Source of the DNA: Candidatus Electronema halotolerans
Lineage (GTDB): Bacteria > Desulfobacterota > Desulfobulbia > Desulfobulbales > Desulfobulbaceae
Reading direction: 5' to 3'
Assembly (NCBI GenBank): GCA_942493095.1
Contig: OW818675.1
Coordinates: forward strand, 1,380,001 to 1,412,000
Length of the DNA stretch: 32,000 bases
The notes beneath the pieces are model-generated. The model had not been told where the DNA came from. It was given only the letters and a program-made list of their open reading frames with translations, and did no database searches. How positions within the stretch are numbered: position 1 is the first letter of the stretch; the number at the start of each line of letters is the position of its first letter. Made by a program: the position numbers and the translations under genes. Positions 31,401 to 32,000 of this stretch are shown one piece after another.

Positions 31401-31409
31401 ATGCCTCAC
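13458..31409 (-). CDS. hybrid NRPS-PKS megasynthase, 5,983 aa: dock-C-A-T-KS-AT-CP-C-A-T-C-A-T-C-A(MT)-T-TE
   Basis: One uninterrupted 17,952-nt ORF. I located four HHxxxD(G/A) condensation motifs, four adenylation core motifs (YTSGSTG.PKG), five carrier Ser motifs, a KS Cys (TACSTS) with both His motifs, an AT GHSIGE, a SAM motif ILEIGCGTG and a TE GWSFGG. The individual domain features below give coordinates. The GTG start at 31409 overlaps the upstream stop as GTGA. Confidence 0.97.
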   Translation of the reverse strand: MRHLEDFLVDLKRLHIEIWSENGRLRFKAPKGTLNEQLRTELTERKEEILNFLRRKTLFEQPILRLAKEETAPISFAQQRLLFLEQLEEEEAVYNIPAVFDCKGRLDEKLLAASLLALIERHENLRTCFPNLDGQATARVFEAYNPLHVSDLSTLPESEQDRRIHELISEHARLNFDLSSGPLLDLHLLNLSNGRQMLLFNMHHIISDGWSVGVLIREWKEIYNALAAGQEPELPELPIQYSDYAAWQRQWLEQGILSDQLTYWRNQLVGLPELLELPTDFPRPPVMGTEGRHLRSSLHQELTGKIKQISREQGATLFITLLAAFNILLHRWSGQDDLAVGSPIANRTHSQTEGLIGFFVNSLVLRSRIDGRQSFLDLLRQVRRTALEAYDHQDIPFDYLVEQLNPARSMSHAPLFQVMFSLQNTPQEELVLGGAKLTLLKPDYKIAKSDLSLSMTEQDGGLVCDWEYRTDLFRPETIAQMAARFQVLLEGILAAPEQPIADLSLLTAADLQQLTEWNRTETDFPADKTVVDFFETQVANTPENIAVVFADQQLTYNELNCRANQLAHHLMQLGVGPETLVGLCVERSPEMIAAFLGILKAGGACVPLDPEYPQERLHFMIKDSGLKVLVTQSGLLQRLPNFSGQTARLDDPAAVAGQSEENPPRQSGPEHLAYIIYTSGSTGKPKGVLIDHAALSQHLSASLVRYAMHADDRVLQFTSLNFDPSVEQIFTTLCGGARLIGLRSNLLQGEELQRLIATEKVTVADLPPPYWQQFLRQANPAHLASLRLLILGGEALSFELARQSRSFLSDKTTILNAYGPTEATVSSSLFEITTQLEETGRGKVVPIGCPIANTKIYLLDTQLRPVPPGLPGELCLAGPRLARGYLHRPELTAEKFVEIELFGRTERIYRTGDLARWLPDGNLEYLGRLDHQVKLRGFRIELGEIEAMLLQHEAIKEAAVILHESDGSASLAAYLTLLPQQTLFSAEVKEWLRTRLPEQMVPTHCMVLDTLPQTPNGKLDRRALPEPEQQAATSLTKPQTVMEQHIATVWQQVLKIEQVGIHENFFDLGGHSLLLLQVQSQLQKMLQLSLPVVTLFQYPTIHSLAAHLTQNDAKEAEEAEKSNKIQVAAQPSSDEDVAVIGMAGRFPGAKNIDEFWENLRNGVESVSFFSDEELLASGVAPALFNRPDYVRAGGVLDQAEYFDAPFFGYPPKEAELLDPQQRLFLETAWTAVEHTGYDVSRMPFPVGIFAGAGTSTYFLNNLLPNQELLALVGRQQVLMGGDKDFLAARAAYKLDLRGPVLSVHTACSTSLVAVHLARQSLLRNECRMALAGGVTVFFPQKQGYLYQEGMILSPDGHCRAFDAEAQGSVGGAGVAAVVLKRLSHALQDGDTVHAVIKGSAINNDGQGRIGFTAPSVEGQAQVISAAMQGLDYESISCLEAHGTATILGDPIEISALKQAYQAQTSKTGYCALGSVKTNVGHLDTAAGVTGLIKTVLALQHREIPPSLHFKTPNPQIDFADSPFFVNTELRAWEAVEPRRAGVSSFGIGGTNAHVVLEEAPPQQSSASRPLHLLCLSAKTENALRQYRIDLAEFLHNQTEFELADLAYTLHAGRSAFAHRGFIVGRDCRELAEQLGQDKCKQWHRSRTSEQPAQAVFMFPGQGSQHVNMALGLYQQEAKFRAVVDECAELLLPQLHLDIRELIYPSGTEQPDLKGSQAAQPALFVIEYALAQLCMAWGLRPAAMIGHSIGEYVAACIAGVFSLPDALRLVAVRGRLMQSVPAGEMLGILLPADEVRPLLPDDVFIAAQNAPNLTTVSGSAAAVSRFSNELTSRRIMHSRLQTLNAAHSPMMAPMLPQFRAELEKIVRHPPQRPYVSNLTGAWITAEQVLSADYWCEHLLNPVQFSQGLQTLLAEDADILLELGPDMVLTSFAQQHRPLHKNLTALNILRSASSNRDDLDWLLNTLGQLWLKNVPIDWTTFYTDEQRLRIPAPTYPFERQRYWIEPVARQHYESSASGTEQVSSERAASLADARTAATYNRPDSDVDYLAPRTATEQKIAEIWQLLLGIEPIGVFDDFFKLGGNSLLGAQVLSRLREVFAADIPLDILFQHPVLEDLAIRLEAQQGQDAAALPPILPQAADAPLAMSFGQQRLHFLAQLEGESATYNLPGVLHLAGKLNETALRQAFAALIERHESLRLSFPISNDQAAVLRLPAYDPLEIQDISKLSAAEQNRLRKEWIAAHAKEPFNLSTGPLLRLHLLKLHAEEHILLLNMHHIISDAWTIGILIRDWSELYTAFARNRQPVLPDLPIQYTDYAAWQRTWLQGKVLEQQLAYWREKLAAAPELLELPTDYPRPAVTSYQGGHLKSSLDRELTRRIKQFSQEQGATVFMTLLAAFKVLLFRCSGQSDLLVGSPIANRTHHATENLIGFFVNTLVLRTVVDEQETFPQLLRQVKQTALEAYNHQDIPFEYLVEQLNPSRSLSHAPLFQVMFVVQNAPEHKLALDDLQATVLETENRTSKFDLTLSIEEREGCFACDWEYSTDLFRPETIARMSGHLQVLLQGIFAAPQEQLARLPLLTKEEKRQLIEWNDTAAEYQKDKTLSDLFEEQVEKTPENIAVVFADERITYQQLNKKVNQVAHALMERGVRAETLVGICAERSPQMIIGLLGILKAGGAYVPLDPSYPEERLRFMVEDCGAQILLTQTHLHERLPDFAGTRLDLDEPFLFENQPDSNPPRRSKPENLAYVIYTSGSTGKPKGVMIEQGSVTMLLHGFEQLAPARQPLHGMTVGAFSFDVSVWEIFTHLCFGGSLHLLDLQSDISPAELAEHLLAQQINSMYLPPALLEPLANELEQRTAALDWQRLLVGVEPISQGLMQRYRNLAPALHILNGYGPTEATVCAAVHCFAQADEPARRMPIGKPLPGYRIYLLDAQMQLVPPGLPGELCIAGAGLARGYLNRPELTVEKFIEIELFGRTERIYRSGDLARWLPDGNLEYLGRIDHQVKLRGFRIELGEIETALTKHEAVAEAVLVLRENDGNTFLAAYLMAANGAELDAPALRAFLKESLPDWMIPASFTVLDKLPLTPNGKIDRRALPEPAAPQTGAEAVPPRTETEMLLAGLYAAVLKTEVRSIAAHFFELGGHSLLATQLVARIRDSFSVEMPLRALFEHPVLADLAVWLEQQQRGGTLPQIQPLPETVPLRLSPAQERFWFLARLEGPSATYNMPAAVRLRGRLDIAALRQTFVLLTERHQSLRMSFPDRDGQAGLRLIAVYDPLAMSDLTALAAEKQKAALQERLEEHTARPFDLERGPLLRLELVRLNEQEHVLLFNMHHIISDGWSMSILLRESGEIYAALAKGQSPELRSLPVQYADYAAWQRELLAGDLLTRQLAWWEEQLTGAPPLLQLPADHPRPAVQSYQGGHLESRIAPELTQRLHELARQENCTLFMTLLAAFSVLLQRHSSQDDLVIGSPIAGRTLRQTEGLIGLFVNTLPLRIRCQTGITFSTLLGQVRRTALDAYAHQDVPFEHLVERLRPERSLSHSPLFQVMFVFQNNEELGVQLPGLEIEPVAQDFPTAKFDLTLSAEQRGGELVLGWEYASDLFAEATVRRIAECFAVLLDGIVRQPETDIRSLPLLTDTEKQQLVEWNDTAAPLSDALLHTLFLQQAEAGPERLAVVAAGRALTYAELRQEAMLLAGQLRELGAAQNQLVAVVMEKGWEQVVAVLGILLSGAAYLPVDPELPVVRQQYLLEQGDVRLALTQPHLSAQLDWPDTVQPLIVAARTAGGAEEKLPDLQQQPTDLAYVIYTSGSTGLPKGVAIDHRGAVNTILDINRRFGISAADRVLALSALHFDLSVYDIFGLLAVGGTIVMPAPEARRDPSLWAELLTRHSVTVWNSVPALMQMLVEDQHGQPLPAPLRLVMMSGDWIPLDLPERIRQLWPAAELISLGGATEVSIWSIFHSIGAVDPAWTSIPYGRPLTNQTFHVLNEQLAPCPVRTAGRLYIGGIGLAQGYWRDQERTEASFITHPRTGERLYKTGDLGRRLPDGTIEFLGREDNQVKIRGHRIELGEIEAALVRQEAVREAAAVVWEQEGGKLLAAYLTVDAAKTESAALPAVLREALKQILPDWMIPASFTVLDKLPLTANGKIDRKALPRPDFIASGQQAQAPQTETEELLCALWSQALKMDIADVQSNFFEIGGHSLLATQLVSRIRESFGVDLPLRIVFELPVLAEQAAWLGQQQRGQALPTISPLAQDAPLALSFAQQRLWFLTQLEEQNSAYNMPIALRLRGPLDEGALRRASTALIARHESLRLYFPEQAGTAAVQRLALYDPLTIADLSSLPAAEQEEQVQAWIGRHGGTAFELTTGPLFSLHLLRLGAQEQILLFNMHHIISDGWSMGILVRDWGELYCSCLENRKANLPELSIQYTDFAAWQKSWLHGKALHEQLEYWRGKLAGVPELLELPTDYPRPAEISYQGRHLQSALPAELAQAVRLLSREHGATVFMTLLAAFNVLLHRYSGQTDLLVGSPIANRTQRQTEDLIGFFVNTLVLRSQLGPAQTFAELLTQIRQTALEAYSHQDIPFEYLVEQLNPARSLSYSPLFQVMFILQNAPQESLEFSGVTVSFLEPELTTAKFDLTLSIAEQEDGFVCDWEYSTDLFAAETISRMAGHFQTLLREIVKAPEQPYSSFSLLTSAEEQELQTWNQRDFACPQDKTLVELFEAQAVRCPGNIAVAFAEEQLCFAELNQQANQLARHLLALGVGPDTLVGIYVERSLDMLVGLLGILKAGGAYMPLDPDYPQDRLHFMLNDAAVKVLLTQQHLLAHLPEHSAEVICLDSGWPEIALHSADNLSRRSSPEHLSYVIYTSGSTGRPKGVMIEHAALVNFLCYMQQRIGIKENDKVLALTTLSFDIAALELYLPLISGSQCVLIDRETAMNGDLLMEVLEQEQITVMQATPATWKMLLHSGWQQRSPLTILCGGEAMQAELGRKLLANCQRLWNVYGPTETTIWSSMQDVASWPERPELIGQPIGNTQMYILDEHGGLVPPGLPGELCIGGHGLARGYLNRPELTAEKFVEIELFGQRQRIYKTGDLARLLRNGILECLGRIDHQIKLRGFRIELGEIEAALNRHPRVREAAVIANQEQEQLAAYIVPRLTSEADSADQAAQTETIKQWQQVWNDTYSQSADAPVERQRNTIGWNSSYTMQPIPDQEMQEWLDGTVARILSLAPARILEIGCGTGMLLFRLAPFCQQYIGADISSEALAWIETQQQDWDFSDRVMLRQLAADQIDSLQPGSVDLVILNSVIQYFPSIDYLLKVLEKAAAAVASGGSIFIGDVRNFQLLEAFHASVQLFQADDGLAVKELRQRVQASMSRERELLLDPDLFMALQERIPAVSQVRLELKQGLAQNEMTCFRYDVTLHLDAARPALPTAQVQRLDWGKAAVTLEQVSHKLAEQQSEVIEISTIPNARLAEEKKLLEQLAHFDGSVADLRALVQEDAGQFVAPEALRTLTEDTAYTCSLHYGGKFHYTAVFQRKELAARFTPNRPAPLPKPWRSYANNPAADLVDKTEFAVALRDFLHEQLPAYMLPGSFTVLDKLPLTPNGKIDRKALPEPESQRRDKRYQAPRDTVELRLTQIWEELLKVHPVGIKDNFFELGGHSLLAVRLMAQVEQQFKQRIALTTLFHNSSIEEIAKILRRQTELLPWSCLVPIQSSGKKAPLFCVHPAGGNVLCYLELARQLGPEQPFYAFQAFGLEAEQEPCPDIAEMAAQYIEAMQTVQPHGPYQLMGWSFGGLVAFAMAARLEAQGESVTFLGLLDAIAPHIIREILQEPEDDAQFFVDYFAEADAALSLDYLRQLSPDEQLAHVVEQGRKINIFPPDVDLMQTKRLIRVYKSNMSASLRFQAKTCGGRVTLFQAAERRPEDPTLPPEHGWQDYAAQAVEVIQVPGKHHTMVNQPHVQVLATQMQICLERAAGMAAVPETEPAAIT
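13515..14276 (-). other. thioesterase (type I, chain-releasing) domain
   Basis: About aa 5712-5965. PLFCVHPAGGN, nucleophile elbow GWSFGG (Ser5786 codon at 14052..14054), and C-terminal VPGKHHTM His context. It is the last domain before the stop codon. Confidence 0.9.
14340..14549 (-). other. peptidyl carrier domain T5
   Basis: FFELGGHSLLAVRLMAQVE; Ser5656 codon at 14442..14444. Confidence 0.9.
14589..17273 (-). other. interrupted adenylation domain A4, glycine-type pocket (DILQLGVIWK), split by a methyltransferase between core motifs A8 and A9
   Basis: About aa 4713-5607. LSYVIYTSGSTGRPKG at 16800..16847, FDIAALELY, VMQATPATW, LCGGEA, NVYGPTETTIWS, and A8 LRGFRIELGEIE (aa 5109-5120). A roughly 400-aa insert follows, then A9 LPAYMLPGSF and A10 PNGKIDR (K5601). 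Confidence 0.88.
14745..15956 (-). other. SAM-dependent methyltransferase domain embedded in A4 (NRPS N-MT-like)
   Basis: About aa 5152-5555. GWNSSYTMQPIPDQEMQEW, SAM motif I ILEIGCGTGM at 15699..15728 (aa 5228-5237), NEMTCFRYDVTL (resembles N-MT motif NELS.YRY.AV), and IPNARL. Confidence 0.85.
17349..18647 (-). other. condensation domain C4
   Basis: About aa 4255-4687. LSFAQQRLWFL; HHIISDGW at 18234..18257 (aa 4385-4392). Confidence 0.9.
18714..18926 (-). other. peptidyl carrier domain T4
   Basis: FFEIGGHSLLATQLVSRIR; Ser4197 codon at 18819..18821. Confidence 0.9.
18966..20447 (-). other. adenylation domain A3, cysteine-type pocket (DLYNMSLIWK)
   Basis: About aa 3655-4148. LAYVIYTSGSTGLPKG at 19974..20021, FDLSVYDIF, VWNSVPAL, LVMMSGDWIP, SLGGATEVSIWS, and ANGKIDR with K4142. 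These are the hallmarks of Cys-activating A domains. Confidence 0.85.
18974..19053. repeat. intragenic module repeat (A10 region), copy 1
   Basis: The 80-nt segment matches 22142..22221 at 77 of 80 positions, including a 46-nt identical run (cttgtcgagcacggtgaagctggccggaatcatccagtcgggcagg). A more diverged third copy lies near 14590. Confidence 0.85.
20517..21815 (-). other. condensation domain C3
   Basis: About aa 3199-3631. LSPAQERFWFL; HHIISDGW at 21402..21425 (aa 3329-3336). Confidence 0.9.
21885..22094 (-). other. peptidyl carrier domain T3
   Basis: FFELGGHSLLATQLVARIR; Ser3141 codon at 21987..21989. Confidence 0.9.
22134..23612 (-). other. adenylation domain A2 (hand-extracted pocket code DVWYLGGVCK, substrate unassigned)
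   Basis: About aa 2600-3092. LAYVIYTSGSTGKPKG at 23139..23186, FSFDVSVWEIF, LLVGVEPIS, NGYGPTEATVC, and PNGKIDR with K3086. Confidence 0.9.
22142..22221. repeat. intragenic module repeat (A10 region), copy 2
   Basis: Partner of 18974..19053 (77/80 identical). Confidence 0.85.
23685..24983 (-). other. condensation domain C2 (accepts the ketide-extended donor), HHIISDAW variant
   Basis: About aa 2143-2575. MSFGQQRLHFL; active site HHIISDAW at 24570..24593 (aa 2273-2280), with Ala where the other three C domains have Gly. Confidence 0.9.
25050..25262 (-). other. carrier domain of the PKS module (PCP-like sequence, GGNSL)
   Basis: IAEIWQLLLGIEPIGVFDDFFKLGGNSLLGAQVLSRL; Ser2083 codon at 25161..25163. 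It looks like an NRPS T domain rather than a PKS ACP (G.DSL). Confidence 0.8.
25605..26447 (-). other. acyltransferase domain with non-canonical specificity motif NAAH
   Basis: About aa 1655-1935. FMFPGQGSQ, GHSIGEY (Ser1747 codon at 26169..26171). The position normally HAFH (malonyl) or YASH (methylmalonyl) reads NAAH (aa 1843-1846, nt 25872..25883). Confidence 0.9.
26730..28004 (-). other. ketosynthase domain (condensation-competent)
   Basis: About aa 1136-1560. DVAVIGMAGRFPGA start, active-site VHTACSTSL (Cys1307 codon at 27489..27491), EAHGTATILGDPIE, KTNVGHLDTAAG, and GGTNAHVVLEEAP at the end. Confidence 0.92.
28095..28298 (-). other. peptidyl carrier domain T1
   Basis: FFDLGGHSLL; Ser1072 codon at 28194..28196. 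Confidence 0.9.
28338..29822 (-). other. adenylation domain A1 (hand-extracted pocket code DPEDIGAVSK, substrate unassigned)
   Basis: About aa 530-1024. LAYIIYTSGSTGKPKG at 29349..29396, NAYGPTEATV, GELCLAGPRLARGY, YRTGDLARW, LRGFRIELGEIE, and PNGKLDR with K1018. Confidence 0.9.
29895..31196 (-). other. condensation domain C1
   Basis: About aa 72-505. C1 motif SFAQQRLLFL; active site HHIISDGW encoded at 30780..30803 (aa 203-210). Confidence 0.9.
31224..31409 (-). other. N-terminal NRPS docking domain (TubC-N-like)
   Basis: About aa 1-62: LEDFLVDLKRLHIEIWSENGRLRFKAPKGTLNEQLRTELTERKEEILNFL. This fits the G.L....P.G.L...L...L...K..IL..L pattern of TubC-type docking domains, and it precedes the first C-domain motif (ISFAQQRL at aa 73). 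Confidence 0.6.
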
Positions 31410-32000
31410 AGCTCACCTTCCTCCATTTCAGCGACTGCATCGCTTTCTTCAGCAACGGCAAGCAGCCGGGCCAGTTCGCTCACTGTGGGCAGGGCGAAAA
31501 GCTGCCGCAGGGACAGCTCTGCGGCAAAGGCGGTGCGGATGCGCGAGACCAATTGCGTGGCTAAGAGCGAATGGCCGCCGAGATCAAAGAAGTTGTCATG
31601 CACGCCAATCTGCTCTGGCCGCCGCCGGAGCACTTCGGCCCATATCTCGGTCATGCGCTGTTCCTCGTCTGTGCGGGGCGCAACCCGGCTGGGCTGTTCT
31701 GCGGCTTCCACTGACAGGTCTGCCAGCGCACGGTGGTCGAGCTTGCCGTTGCTGGTCAGAGGCAGGGTATCGAGCAGAAGGAAGCCCGCAGGCACCATGT
31801 AATCTGGCAGGCGGCTTCTGAGCTGGCTGCGCAAAACTTCAATCAGGTCAGCAGGCGCCTCTTCGGTCGGGACAATGTACGCCAGTAAACAGGCATTGCC
31901 GTTCTTGTCATCAAGCAGCACCACTGCCTCTCGCACTGCCTCGTGCTCATGCAGAACCGTCTCGATTTCGCCCAGCTCAATGCGGAAGCCGCGCAGCTTG
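31406..32000 (-). CDS. NRPS, 3' end only (A-domain C-terminus, T domain, acidic C-terminal docking tail); the gene continues beyond the window edge
   Basis: The reading frame stays open to position 32000 (KLRGFRIELGEIETVLHEHEAV...). LPDYMVPAGF, SNGKLDHRAL, and FFDLGGHSLLATQ (Ser codon at 31568..31570). It ends ...AVAEESDAVAEMEEGEL, and its TGA overlaps the GTG of the next gene. Confidence 0.9.
   Translation of the reverse strand, partial: KLRGFRIELGEIETVLHEHEAVREAVVLLDDKNGNACLLAYIVPTEEAPADLIEVLRSQLRSRLPDYMVPAGFLLLDTLPLTSNGKLDHRALADLSVEAAEQPSRVAPRTDEEQRMTEIWAEVLRRRPEQIGVHDNFFDLGGHSLLATQLVSRIRTAFAAELSLRQLFALPTVSELARLLAVAEESDAVAEMEEGEL

Noticed and set aside
13458-31409. Possibility that the periodic repeats inside this region are a CRISPR array or other non-coding tandem repeat
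   Set aside because: The periodicity is 3,168 nt, the repeats are in-frame conserved NRPS core motifs, and the whole region is one open reading frame.

Overview
The window has two parts. Positions 1-10,014 hold ordinary chromosomal genes. On the minus strand these are an MBL-fold hydrolase, a decayed TnpB-type transposase remnant, and an orphan-hemE-HD-domain operon. On the plus strand they are two adjacent P-II/ammonium-transporter pairs in opposite gene order (glnB-amt, then amt-glnK). The first pair sits behind a textbook sigma-54 promoter. A sharply AT-rich pair of secreted/membrane-anchored hypothetical genes follows, fused onto prmA. Positions 10,036-32,000, all on the minus strand, are the 3' end of a hybrid NRPS-PKS biosynthetic gene cluster. 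It contains the tail of an upstream NRPS (A-T plus an acidic docking tail) and one uninterrupted 17,952-nt ORF of 5,983 aa. I read that ORF's domain order as dock-C-A-T-KS-AT-CP-C-A-T-C-A-T-C-A(MT-interrupted)-T-TE. Downstream is a tightly coupled four-gene cassette: 3-hydroxyacyl-CoA dehydrogenase, ACP, acyl-CoA dehydrogenase and an FkbH-like protein. This matches the known hydroxymalonyl/methoxymalonyl-ACP extender-unit pathway, but no O-methyltransferase is present in the window. I saw no rRNA, tRNA or CRISPR array. All domain calls rest on motifs I located by hand, and domain boundaries are approximate (about +/-30 aa). I could not run any database search, so novelty is untested. The source organism cannot be assigned from this window.
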